From: Eledone cirrhosa
Lineage: Eukaryota
Length of the DNA stretch: 64,000 nucleotides
Reading direction: 5' to 3'
Assembly: GCA_964016885.1 (NCBI GenBank)
Contig: OZ024744.1
Location: 131,316,001-131,380,000, forward strand
Below are positions 49,701 through 62,200 of this stretch, piece by piece (the first letter of the stretch is position 1; every line of letters starts with the position of its first letter). The position numbers were made by a program, and so were the translations under genes. The notes under the pieces are model-generated. The model saw nothing but the letters and a program-made list of their open reading frames with translations. It made no database searches and was not told the DNA's origin.

Positions 49701-52700
49701 TTCGGGGTTAAGTTAAGTTGGGGTTAAATTAAGTTAGGCTTAACTTAAGTTGGGGTTAAGTTAAATTGGGGGTAAGTTAAGTTCTGGGTAAGTTAAGTTG
49801 GGGTTAAGTTAAGTTGGGGTTAAGTTGGGTTTAAGTTAAGTTAGGGTTAAGTTAAGTTGGGGTTGAGTTAAGTTGGGGTTAAGTTAAGTTGGGGTTATGT
49901 TAAGTTGGGGTCAAGTTAAGTTGGGGTTAAAATTAAGTTGGGGTTAAATCAAGTTGGGGTTAAGTTAAGTTGGGGTTAATTTAGTTGGGGTTAAGTTAAG
50001 TTGGGGCTAAGTTAAGTTGGGGCTAAGTTAAGTTGGGGCTAAGTTAAGTTGGGGTTAAGTTAAGTTGGGGTTAAGTTAAGTTGGGGTTAATTTAAATTGG
50101 GGTTAAGTTAACTTTGTGGTTAAGTTAAGTTGGGGTTAAGTTAAGTTGGGGTTAAGTTAAGTTGGGGTTGAGTTAAGTTGGGGTTGAGTGAAGTTGGTGT
50201 TAAGTTAAGTTGGGGTTAAGTTGGCGTTAAGTTAAATTGGGGTTGAGTTAATTTAGGGTTAAGTTAAGTTGGGGGTAAGTTAAGTTGGGGGTAAGTTAAG
50301 TTGGGGGTAAGTTAAGTTGGGGTTAAGTTAAGTTGGGGTTAAGTTAAGTTAGGGTTAAGTTAAGTTGGGGTTGAGTTAAGTTGGGGTTAAGTTAAGTTGG
50401 GGTTATGTTAAGTTGGGGTTAAGTTAAGTTGGTTCGTTAAGTTGAGTTTAAGTTAAGTTGGGGTTAATTTAAGTTGGGGTTAAGTTAAGTTGGGGTTAAG
50501 TTAAGTTGGGGTTAATTTAAATTGGGGTTAAGTTAACTTTGTGGCTAAGTTAAGTTGGGGTTAAGTTAAGTTGGGGTTAAGTTAAGTTGGGGTTGAGTTA
50601 AGTTGGGGTTGAGTGAAGTTGGGGTTAAGTTACGTTGGGGTTAAGTTAAGTTGGCGTTAAGTTAAGTTGGGGTTGAGTTAAGTTTGGGTTGAGTTAATTT
50701 AGGGTTAAGTTAAGTTGGGGTAAAGTTAAGTTGGGTTTAAGTTAAGTTGGGGTTAAATTAAGTTGGGGTTAAATTAAGTTGGGGTTAAGTTAAGTTGGGG
50801 GTAAGTTAAGTTGGGGTTAAGTTAAGTTGGGGTTAAGTTAAGTTGGGGTTAAGTTAAGTTGGGGTCAAGTTAATTTGGGGTTAAAATTAAGTTGGGGTTA
50901 AATCAAGTTGGGGTTAAGTTAAGTTGGGGTTAATTTAGTTGGGGTTAAGTTAAGTTGGGGCTAAGTTAAGTTGGGGCTAAGTTAAGTTGGGGCTAAGTTA
51001 AGTTGGGGTTAAGTTAAGTTGGGGTTAAGTTAAGGTGGGGTTAATTTAAGTTGGGGTCAACTTAAATTGGGGTTAAGTTAAGTTGGGGTTAAGTTAAGTT
51101 GGGGTTAATTTAAGTTGGGGTTAAGTTAAGTTGGTGTTAAGTTAAGTTGGGGCTTAGTTAAGTTGGGGCTGAGTTAAGTTGGGGCTGAGTTAAGTTGGGG
51201 TTAAGTTAAGTTGGGGTTGAGTTAAGTTGGGGTTAAGTTAAGTTGGGGTTAAGTTAAGTTGGGGTTAAGTTAAGTTGGGTTTAAGTTATGTTGGGGTTGA
51301 GTTAAGTTGGGGTTAAGTTAAGTTGGGGTTCAGTTAAGTTGGGGTTAAGTTAAGTTGGGGTTAAGATGGGGTTAAATTAAGTTGGGGTTAAGTTAAGTTG
51401 GGGTTAAGTTAAGTTGGGGTTAAGTTAAGTTGGGGTTAAGTTAAGTCGGGGTTAAGTTAAGTCGGGGTTAAGTTAAGTTAGGGTTAAGTTAAGTTGGAGT
51501 TAAGTTAAGTTGGGGTTGAGTTAAGTTGGGGTTGAGTTAAATTGGGGTGGAGTTAAGTTGGGGTTAAGTTAAGTTGGTGTTGAGTTAAGTTGGGGTTAAG
51601 TTAAGTTGGGGTTAAGTTAAGTGCAGTTAAGTTAAGTTGAGGTTAAGTTATGTAGGGGTTAAGTTAAGTTGGGGTTAAGTTAAGTTGGGGCTAAGTTAAG
51701 TTGGGGCTAAGTTAAGTTGGGGCTAAGTTAAGTTGGGGTTCAGTTAAGTTGGGGTTAAGTTAAGTTTGGGTTAAGTTGGGGTTAAATTAAGTTGGGGTTA
51801 AGTTAAGTTGGGGTTAAGTTAAGTTGGGGTTAAGTTAAGTTGGGGTTAAGTTAAGTCGGGGTTAAGTTAAGTCAGGGTTAAGTTAAGTTAGGGTTAAGTT
51901 AAGTTGGAGTTAAGTTAAGTTGGGGTTGAGTTAAGTTGGGGTTGAGTTAAATTGGGGTGGAGTTAAGTTGGGGTTGAGTTAAGTTGGTGTTGAGTTAAGT
52001 TGGGGTTAAGTTAAGTTGCAGTTAAGTTAAGTTGAGGTTAAGTTAAGTTGGGGTTAAGTTAAGTTGGGGTTAAGTTAAGTTGGGGCTAAGTTAAGTTGGG
52101 GCTAAGTTAAGTTGGGGCTAAGTTAAGTTGGGGTTCAGTTAAGTTGGGGTTAAGTTAAGTTTGGGTTAAGTTGGGGTTAAATTAAGTTGGGGTTAAGTTA
52201 AGTTGGGGTTTAGTTAAGTTGGGGTTAAGTTAAGTTGGGGTTAATTTAAGTTGGGGTTAAGTTAAGTTGGGGTTAAGTTGGCGTTAAGTTAAGTTGGGGT
52301 TGAATTAAGTTGGGGTTGAGTTAATTTAGGGTTAAGTTAAGTTGGGGTTAAGTTAAGTTGGGTTTAAGTTAAGTTGGGGTTAAATTAAGTTGGGGTTAAA
52401 TTAAGTTCGGGTTAAGTTAAGTTGGGGGTAAGTTAAGTTGGTGTTAAGTTAAGTTGGGGTTAAGTTAAGTTGGGGTTAAGTTAAGTTGGGGTCAAGTTAA
52501 GTTGGGGTTAAAATTAAGTTGGGGTTAAGTCAAGTTGGGGTTAAGTTAAGTTTGAGTTAATTTAGTTGGGGTTAAGTTAAGTTGGGGCTAAGTTAAGTTG
52601 GGGCTAAGTTAAGTTGGGGCTAAGTTAAGTTGGGGTTAAGTTAAGTTGGGGTTAAGTTAAGGTGGGGTTAATTTAAGTTGGGGTCAACTTAAATTGGGGT

Positions 52701-55700
52701 TAAGTTAAGTTGGGGTTAAGTTAAGTTGGGGTTAAGTTAAGTTGGAGTTAAGTTAAGTTGGGGTTAAGTTAAGTTGGTGTTAAGTTAAGTTGGGGCTAAG
52801 TTAAGTTGGGGCTGAGTTAAGTTGGGGCTGAGTTAAGTTGGGGTTAATTTAAGTTGGGGTTGAGTTAAGTTGGGGTTAAGTTAAGTTGGGGTTAAGTTAA
52901 GTTGGGGTTAAGTTAAGTTGGGGTTGAGTTAAGTTGGGGTTAAGTTAAGTTGGGGTTAAGTTAAGTTGGGGTTCAGTTAAGTTGGGGTTAAGTTAAGTTG
53001 GGGTTAAGATGGGGTTAAATTAAGTTGGGGTTAAGTTAAGTTGGGGTTAAGTTAATTTGGGGTTAAGTTAAGTCGGGGTTAAGTTAAGTCGGGGTTAAGT
53101 TAAGTTAGGGTTAAGTTAAGTTGGAGTTAAGTTAAGTTGGGGTTAAGTTAAGTTGGGGTTGAGTTAAATTGGGGTGGAGTTAAGTTGGGGTTGAGTGAAG
53201 TTGGGGTTAAGTTACGTTGGGGTTAAGTTAAGTTGGCGTTGAGTTAAGTTGGGGTTGAGTTAAGTTGGGGTTGAGTTAATTTAGGGTTAAGTTAAGTTGG
53301 GGTAAAGTTAAGTTGTGTTTAAGTTAAGTTGGGGTTAAATTAAGTTGGGGTTAAATTAAGTTGGGGTTAAGTTAAGTTGGGGGAAAGTTAAGTTGGGGTT
53401 AAGTTAAGTTGGGGTTAAGTTAAGTTGAGGTTAAGTTAAGTTGGGGTCAAGTTAATTTGGGGTTAAAATTAAGTTGGGGTTAAATCAAGTTGGGGTTAAG
53501 TTAAGTTGGGGTTAATTTAGTTGGGGTTAAGTTAAGTTGGGGCTAAGTTAAGTTGGGGCTAAGTTAAGTTGGGGCTAAGTTAAGTTGGGGTTAAGTTAAG
53601 TTGGGGTTAAGTTAAGGTGGGGTTAATTTAAGTTGGGGTCAACTTAAATTGGGGTTAAGTTAAGTTGGGGTTAAGTTAAGTTGGGGTTAAGTTAAGTTGG
53701 GGTTAAGTTAAGTTGGTGTTAAGTTAAGTTGGGGCTTAGTTAAGTTGGGGCTGAGTTAAGTTGGGGCTGAGTTAAGTTGGGGTTAAGTTAAGTTGGGGTT
53801 GAGTTAAGTTGGGGTTAAGTTAAGTTGGGGTTAAGTTAAGTTGGGGTTAAGTTAAGTTGGGTTTAAGTTATGTTGGGGTTGAGTTAAGTTGGGGTTAAGT
53901 TAAGTTGGGGTTCAGTTAAGTTGGGGTTAAGTTAAGTTGGGGTTAAGATGGGGTTAAATTAAGTTGGGGTTAAGTTAAGTTGGGGTTAAGTTAAGTTGGG
54001 GTTAAGTTAAGTTGGGGTTAAGTTAAGTCGGGGTTAAGTTAAGTCGGGGTTAAGTTAAGTTAGGGTTAAGTTAAGTTGGAGTTAAGTTAAGTTGGGGTTG
54101 AGTTAAGTTGGGGTTGAGTTAAATTGGGGTGGAGTTAAGTTGGGGTTAAGTTAAGTTGGTGTTGAGTTAAGTTGGGGTCAAGTTAAGTTGGGGTTAAGTT
54201 AAGTGCAGTTAAGTTAAGTTGAGGTTAAGTTGTGTAGGGGTTAAGTTAAGTTGGGGTTAAGTTAAGTTGGGGCTAAGTTAAGTTGGGGCTGAGTTAAGTT
54301 GGGGCTAAGTTAAGTTGGGGTTCAGTTAAGTTGGGGTTAAGTTAAGTTTGGGTTAATTTGGGGTTAAATTAAGTTGGGGTTAAGTTAAGTTGGGGTTTAG
54401 TTAAGTTGGGGTTAATTTAAGTTGGGGTTAATTTAAGTTGCGGTTAAGTTAAGTTGGGGTTAAGTTAAGTGGTGGTTATGTTAAGTTGGGGTTAAGTTAA
54501 GTTGGGGTTAATTTAAATTGGGGTTAAGTTAACTTTGTGGTTAAGTTAAGTTGGGGTTAAGTTAAGTTGGGGTTAAGTTAAGTTGGGGTTGCGTTAAGTT
54601 GGGGTTGAGTGAAGTTGGGGTTAAGTTAAGTTGGGGTTAATTTAAGTTGGGGTTAAGTTAAGTCGGGCTTAAGTTAAGTTGGGGTTGAGTTAAGTTGGGG
54701 TTAATTTAAGTTGGGGCTAAGTTAATTTGTGGTTAAGTTAAGTTGGGGTTAAGTTAAGTTGGGGTTAAGTTAAGTTGGGGTTGAGTTAAGTTGGGGTTGA
54801 GTTAATTTAGGGTTAAGTTAAGTTGGGGTTAAGTTAAGTTGGGTTTAAGTTAAGTTGGGGGTAAGTTAAGTTGGGGGCAAGTTAAGTTGGGGTTAAGTTA
54901 AGTTGGGGTTAAATTAAGTTGGGGTTAAGTTTAGTTGGTGTTAAGTTAAGTTGGGGTTTATTTAAGTTGGGGTTAATTAGGTTGGGGCTGAGTTAAGTTG
55001 GGGCTGAATTAAGTTGGGGTTAAGTTAAGTTGGGGTTGAGTTAAGTTGGGGTTAAGTTAAGTTGGGGTTAAGTTGAGTTGAGGTTAAGTTAAGTTGGGGT
55101 TTAGTTAAGTTGGGGTTCAGTTAAGTTGGGGTTAAGTTGGGGTTAAATTAATTTGGGGTTAAGTTAAGTTGGGGTTTAGTTTAGTTGGGGTTAAATTAAG
55201 TTGGAGTTAATTTAAGTTGGGGTTAAGTTAAGTTGCGGGTAATTTAAGTTGGGGTTAAGTTAAGTTGGGGTTAAGTTAAGTTGGGGGTAAGTTAAGTTGG
55301 GGGTAAGTTAAGTTGGGGGTAAGTTAAGTTGGGGTTAAGTTAAGTTGGGGTTAAGTTAAGTTAGGGTTAAGTTAAGTTGGGGTTGAGTTAAGTTGGGGTT
55401 AAGTTAAGTTGGGGTTATGTTAAGTTGGGGTTAAGTTAAGTTGGTTCGTTAAGTTGAGTTTAAGTTAAGTTGGGGTTAATTTAAGTTGGGGTTAAGTTAA
55501 GTTGGGGTTAAGTTAAGTTGGGGTTAATTTAAATTGGGGTTAAGTTAACTTTGTGGCTAAGTTAAGTTGGGGTTAAGTTAAGTTGGGGTTAAGTTAAGTT
55601 GGGGTTGAGTTAAGTTGGGGTTGAGTGAAGTTGGGGTTAAGTTACGTTGGGGTTAAGTTAAGTTGGCGTTAAGTTAAGTTGGGGTTGAGTTAAGTTTGGG

Positions 55701-58700
55701 TTGAGTTAATTTAGGGTTAAGTTAAGTTGGGGTAAAGTTAAGTTGGGTTTAAGTTAAGTTGGGGTTAAATTAAGTTGGGGTTAAATTAAGTTGGGGTTAA
55801 GTTAAGTTGGGGGTAAGTTAAGTTGGGGTTAAGTTAAGTTGGGGTTAAGTTAAGTTGGGGTTAAGTTAAGTTGGGGTCAAGTTAATTTGGGGTTAAAATT
55901 AAGTTGGGGTTAAATCAAGTTGGGGTTAAGTTAAGTTGGGTTTAATTTAGTTGGGGTTAAGTTAAGTTGGGGCTAAGTTAAGTTGGGGCTAAGTTAAGTT
56001 GGGGCTAAGTTAAGTTGGGGTTAAGTTAAGGTGGGGTTAATTTAAGTTGGGGTCAACTTAAATTGGGGTTAAGTTAAGTTGGGGTTAAGTTAAGTTGGGG
56101 TTAAGTTAAGTTGGGGTTAAGTTAAGTTGGTGTTAAGTTAAGTTGGGGCTTAGTTAAGTTGGGGCTGAGTTAAGTTGGGGCTGAGTTAAGTTGGGGTTAA
56201 GTTAAGTTGGGGTTGAGTTAAGTTGGGGTTAAGTTAAGTTGGGGTTAAGTTAAGTTGGGGTTAAGTTAAGTTGGGTTTAAGTTATGTTGGGGTTGAGTTA
56301 AGTTGGGGTTAAGTTAAGTTGTGGTTCAGTTAAGTTGGGGTTAAGTTAAGTTGGGGTTAAGATGGGGTTAAATTAAGTTGGGGTTAAGTTAAGTTGGGGT
56401 TAAGTTAAGTTGGGGTTAAGTTAAGTTGGGGTTAAGTTAAGTCGGGGTTAAGTTAAGTCGGGGTTAAGTTAAGTTAGGGTTAAGTTAAGTTGGAGTTAAG
56501 TTAAGTTAGGGTTGAGTTAAGTTGGGGTTGAGTTAAATTGGGGTGGAGTTAAGTTGGGGTTAAGTTAAGTTGGTGTTGAGTTAAGTTGGGGTTAAGTTAA
56601 GTTGGGGTTAAGTTAAGTGCAGTTAAGTTAAGTTGAGGTTAAGTTATGTAGGGGTTAAGTTAAGTTGGGGTTAAGTTAAGTTGGGGCTAAGTTAAGTTGG
56701 GGCTAAGTTAAGTTGGGGCTAAGTTAAGTTGGGGTTCAGTTAAGTTGGGGTTAAGTTAAGTTTGGGTTAAGTTGGGGTTAAATTAAGTTGGGGTTAAGTT
56801 AAGTTGGGGTTAAGTTAAGTTGGGGTTAAGTTAAGTTGGGGTTAAGTTAAGTCGGGGTTAAGTTAAGTCGGGGTTAAGTTAAGTTAGGGTTAAGTTAAGT
56901 TGGAGTTAAGTTAAGTTGGGGTTGAGTTAAGTTGGGGTTGAGTTAAATTGGGGTGGAGTTAAGTTGGGGTTGAGTTAAGTTGGTGTTGAGTTAAGTTGGG
57001 GTTAAGTTAAGTTGGGGTTAAGTTAAGTTGCAGTTAAGTTAAGTTGAGGTTAAGTTAAGTTGGGGTTAAGTTAAGTTGGGGTTAAGTTAAGTTGGGGCTA
57101 AGTTAAGTTGGGGCTAAGTTAAGTTGGGGCTAAGTTAAGTTGGGGTTCAGTTAAGTTGGGGTTAAGTTAAGTTTGGGTTAAGTTGGGGTTAAATTAAGTT
57201 GGGGTTAAGTTAAGTTGGGGTTTAGTTAAGTTGGGGTTAAGTTAAGTTGGGGTTAATTTAAGTTGGGGTTAAGTTAAGTTGGGGTTAAGTTGGCGTTAAG
57301 TTAAGTTGGGGTTGAATTAAGTTGGGGTTGAGTTAATTTAGGGTTAAGTTAAGTTGGGGTTAAGTTAAGTTGGGTTTAAGTTAAGTTGGGGTTAAATTAA
57401 GTTGGGGTTAAATTAAGTTCGGGTTAAGTTAAGTTGGGGGTAAGTTAAGTTGGTGTTAAGTTAAGTTGGGGTTAAGTTAAGTTGGGGTTAAGTTAAGTTG
57501 GGGTCAAGTTAAGTTGGGGTTAAAATTAAGTTGGGGTTAAGTCAAGTTGGGGTTAAGTTAAGTTTGAGTTAATTTAGTTGGGGTTAAGTTAAGTTGGGGC
57601 TAAGTTAAGTTGGGGCTAAGTTAAGTTGGGGTTAAGTTAAGTTGGGGTTAAGTTAAGTTGGGGCTAAGTTAAGTTGGGGCTGAGTTAAGTTGGGGCTGAG
57701 TTAAGTTGGGGTTAATTTAAGTTGGGGTTGAGTTAAGTTGGGGTTAAGTTAAGTTGGGGTTAAGTTAAGTTGGGGTTAAGTTAAGTTGGGGTTGAGTTAA
57801 GTTGGGGTTAAGTTAAGTTGGGGTTAAGTTAAGTTGGGGTTCAGTTAAGTTGGGGTTAAGTTAAGTTGGTGTTAAGTTAAGTTGGGGCTAAGTTAAGTTG
57901 GGGCTGAGTTAAGTTGGGGCTGAGTTAAGTTGGGGTTAATTTAAGTTGGGGTTGAGTTAAGTTGGGGTTAAGTTAAGTTGGGGTTAAGTTAAGTTGGGGT
58001 TAAGTTAAGTTGGGGTTGAGTTAAGTTGGGGTTAAGTTAAGTTGGGGTTAAGTTAAGTTGGGGTTCAGTTAAGTTGGGGTTAAGTTAAGTTGGGGTTAAG
58101 ATGGGGTTAAATTAAGTTGGGGTTAAGTTAAGTTGGGGTTAAGTTAAGTTGGGGTTAAGTTAAGTTGGGGTTAAGTTAAGTCGGGGTTAAGTTAAGTCGG
58201 GGTTAAGTTAAGTTAGGGTTAAGTTAAGTTGGAGTTAAGTTAAGTTGGGGTTGAGTTAAGTTGGGGTTGAGTTAAATTGGGGTGGAGTTAAGTTGGGGTT
58301 GAGTTAAGTTGGTGTTGAGTTAAGTTGGGGTTAAGTTAAGTTGGGGTTAAGTTAAGTTGCAGTTAAGTTAAGTTGAGGTTAAGTTAAGTTGGGGTTAAGT
58401 TAAGTTGGGGTTAAGTTAAGTTGGGGCTAAGTTAAGTTGGGGCTAAGTTAAGTTGGGGCTAAGTTAAGTTGGGGTTCAGTTAAGTTGGGGTTAAGTTAAG
58501 TTGGTTAGTTAAGTTGAGTTTAATTTAAGTTGGGGTTAATTTAAGTTGGGGCTAAGTTAAGTTGGGGTTAAGTTAAGTTGGGGTTAAGTTAAGTTGGGGT
58601 TAAGTTAATTTGGGGTTCAGTTAAGTTGGGGTTAAGTCAAGTTGGGGTTAAGTTGGGGTTAAATTAATCTGGGGTTAAGTTATTGTTGGGGTTAAGTTAA

Positions 58701-58917
58701 GTTGGGGTTAAGTTAAGTTGGGGTTAAGTTAAGTTGGGGTTAAGTTAATTTGGGGTTGAGTTAATTTGGGGTTAAGTTAAGTTGGGGTTAAGTTAAGTTG
58801 GGTTTAAGTTAAGTTGGGGTTAAATTAAGTTGGGGTTAAATTAAGTTGGGGTTAAGTTAAGTTGGGGGTAAGTTAAGTTGGGGGCAAGTTAATTTGTGGA
58901 TAAGTTAAGTTGTGGTT

Positions 58918-59299
58918 AACCCCAACTTCACTCAACCCCACCTTAACTCAACCCCAACTTAACTTAACCCCAACTTCACTCAACCCCAACTTAACTCAAC
59001 CCCAACTTAACTTAACCCCAACTTAACTTAACTTAACCCCAACTTAACTTAACTTCGACTTAACTTAACCCCAACTTAACTTAACCCCAACTTAACTTAA
59101 CCCCAACTTAACTTAACCACAAATTAACTTAACCCCAACTTAAATTAACCCCAACTTAAATTAACCCCAACTTAACTTAACCCCAACTTAACTTAACCCC
59201 AACTTAACTCACACCCAACTTAACTTACCCCCAACTTAACTTAACCCCAACTTGACTTAACCCCAAATTAACTTAACCCCAACTTAACTTAACCCCAAA
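58918..59299 (-). repeat. Inverted satellite cassette, type A with GTGGAT left flank (382 bp)
   Basis: Same junctions. An 11-bp deletion near 59030 removes the CCCTAA monomer core. Confidence 0.97.
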
Positions 59300-62200
59300 T
59301 TCGGGGTTAAGTTAAGTTGGGGTTAAATTAAGTTAGGCTTAACTTAAGTTGGGGTTAAGTTAAATTGGGGGTAAGTTAAGTTCTGGGTAAGTTAAGTTGG
59401 GGTTAAGTTAAGTTGCGGTTAAGTTGGGGTTAAGTTAAGTTAGGGTTAAGTTAAGTTGGGGTTGAGTTAAGTTGGGGTTAAGTTAAGTTGGGGTTATGTT
59501 AAGTTGGGGTCAAGTTAAGTTGGGGTTAAAATTAAGTTGGGGTTAAATCAAGTTGGGGTTAAGTTAAGTTGGGGTTAATTTAGTTGGGGTTAAGTTAAGT
59601 TGGGGCTAAGTTAAGTTGGGGCTAAGTTAAGTTGGGGCTAAGTTAAGTTGGGGTTAAGTTAAGTTGGGGTTAAGTTAAGTTGGGGTTAATTTAAATTGGG
59701 GTTAAGTTAACTTTGTGGTTAAGTTAAGTTGGGGTTAAGTTAAGTTGGGGTTAAGTTAAGTTGGGGTTGAGTTAAGTTGGGGTTGAGTGAAGTTGGTGTT
59801 AAGTTAAGTTGGGGTTAAGTTGGCGTTAAGTTAAATTGGGGTTGAATTAAGTTGGGGTTGAGTTAATTTAGGGTTAAGTTAAGTTGGGGTTAAGTTAAGT
59901 TGGGTTTAAGTTAAGTTGGGGTTAAATTAAGTTGGGGTTAAATTAAGTTGGGGTTAAGTTAAGTTGGGGGTAAGTTAAGTTGGTGTTAAGTTAAGTTGGG
60001 GTTAAGTTAAGTTGGGGTCAAGTTAAGTTGGGGTTAAAATTAAGTTTGGGTTAAGTCAAGTTGGGGTTAAGTTAAGTTTGAGTTAATTTAGTTGGGATTA
60101 AGTTAAGTTGGGGCTAAGTTAAGTTGGGGCTAAGTTAAGTTGGGGTTAAGTTAAGTTGGGGTTAAGTTAAGGTGGGGTTAATTTAAGTTGGGCTCAACTT
60201 AAATTGGGGATAAGTTAAGTTGGGGTTACGTTAAGTTGGGGTTAAGTTAAGTTGGGGTTAAGTTAAGCTGGGGTTAAGTTAAGTTGGTGTTAAGTTAAGT
60301 TGGGGCTAAGTTAAGTTGGGGCTGAGTTAAGTTGGGGCTGAGTTAAGTTGGGGTTAATTTAAGTTGGGGTTGAGTTAAGTTGGGGTTAAGTTAAGTTGGG
60401 GTTAAGTTAAGTTGGGGTTAAGTTAAGTTGGGGTTGAGTTAAGTTGGGGTTAAGTTAAGTTGGGGTTAAATTAAGTTGGGGTTCAGTTAAGTTGGGGTTA
60501 AGTTAAGTTGGGGTTAAGATGGGGTTAAATTAAGTTGGGGTTAAGTTAAGTTGGGGTTAAGTTAAGTTAGGGTTAAGTTAAGTTGGGGTTAAGTTAAGTC
60601 GGGGTTAAGTTAAGTCGGGGTTAAGTTAAGTTAGGGTTAAGTTAAGTTGGAGTTAAGTTAAGTTGGGGTTGAGTTAAGTTGGGGTTGAGTTAAATTGGGG
60701 TGGAGTTAAGTTGGGGTTGAGTTAAGTTGGTGTTGAGTTAAGTTGGGGTTAAGTTAAGTTGGGGTTAAGTTAAGTTGCAGTTAAGTTAAGTTGAGGTTAA
60801 GTTAAGTTGGGGTTAAGTTAAGTTGGGGTTAAGTTAAGTTGGGGCTAAGTTAAATGGGGCTAAGTTAAGTTGGGGCTAAGTTAAGTTGGGGTTCAGTTAA
60901 GTTGGGGTTAAGTTAAGTTTGGGTTAAGTTGGGGTTAAATTAAGTTGGGGTTAAGTTAAGTTGGGGTTTAGTTAAGTTGGGGTTAAGTTAAGTTGGGGTT
61001 AATTTAAGTTGGGGTTAAGTTAAGTTGGGGTTAAGTTGGCGTTAAGTTAAGTTGGGGTTGAATTAAGTTGGGGTTGAGTTAATTTAGGGTTAAGTTAAGT
61101 TGGGGTTAAGTTAAGTTGGGTTTAAGTTAAGTTGGGGTTAAATTAAGTTGGGGTTAAATTAAGTTCGGGTTAAGTTAAGTTGGGGGTAAGTTAAGTTGGT
61201 GTTAAGTTAAGTTGGGGTTAAGTTAAGTTGGGGTTAAGTTAAGTTGGGGTCAAGTTAAGTTGGGGTTAAAATTAAGTTGGGGTTAAGTCAAGTTGGGGTT
61301 AAGTTAAGTTTGAGTTAATTTAGTTGGGGTTAAGTTAAGTTGGGGCTAAGTTAAGTTGGGGCTAAGTTAAGTTGGGGCTAAGTTAAGTTGGGGTTAAGTT
61401 AAGTTGGGGTGAAGTTAAGGTGGGGTTAATTTAAGTTGGGGTCAACTTAAATTGGGGTTAAGTTAAGTTGGGGTTAAGTTAAGTTGGGGTTAAGTTAAGT
61501 TGGGGTTAAGTTAAGTTGGTGTTAAGTTAAGTTGGGCCTAAGTTAAGTTGGGGCTGAGTTAAGTTGGGGCTGAGTTAAGTTGGGGTTAATTTAAGTTGGG
61601 GTTGAGTTAAGTTGGGGTTAAGTTAAGTTGGGGTTAAGTTAAGTTGGGGTTAAGTTAAGTTGGGGTTGAGTTAAGTTGGGGTTAAGTTAAGTTGGGGTTA
61701 AGTTAAGTTGGGGTTCAGTTAAGTTGGGTTTAAGTTAAGTTGGGGTTAAGATGGGGTTAAATTAAGTTGGGGTTAAGTTAAGTTGGGGTTAAGTTAAGTT
61801 GGGGTTAAGTTAAGTTGGGGTTAAGTTAAGTCGGGGTTAAGTTAAGTCGGGGTTAAGTTAAGTTATGGTTAAGTTAAGTTGGAGTTAAGTTAAGTTGGGG
61901 TTGAGTTAAGTTGGGGTTGAGTTAAATTGGGGTGGAGTTAAGTTGGGGTTGAGTTAAGTTGGTGTTGAGTTAAGTTGGGGTTAAGTTAAGTTGGGGTTAA
62001 GTTAAGTTGCAGTTAAGTTAAGTTGAGGTTAAGTTAAGTTGGGGTTAAGTTAAGTTGGGGTTAAGTTAAGTTGGGGCTAAGTTAAGTTGGGGCTAAGTTA
62101 AGTTGGGGCTAAGTTAAGTTGGGGTTCAGTTAAGTTGGGGTTAAGTTAAGTTTGGGTTAAGTTGGGGTTAAATTAAGTTGGGGTTAAGTTAAGTTGGGGT

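Larger units (their letters stand above)
40850..59880 (+). repeat. Tandem ~9.5-kb segmental duplication (~40.85-50.3 kb and ~50.4-59.9 kb)
   Basis: Rare variants pair up: TCAGGG 42331 / 51872 (offset 9541), TGTGTAGGGG 44706 / 54231 (9525), ATTAGG 45451 / 54976 (9525) and cassette starts 49308 / 58918 (9610). Confidence 0.85.

Noticed and set aside
649-59299. Inversions as sequencing or amplification fold-back chimeras
   Set aside because: Junction sequences are identical across copies and lengths are quantised at 16n+9. Cassette variants do not mirror the adjacent flank and copies carry lineage-specific SNPs. Random chimeras would mirror the flank at variable positions. Read-level confirmation is still advisable.
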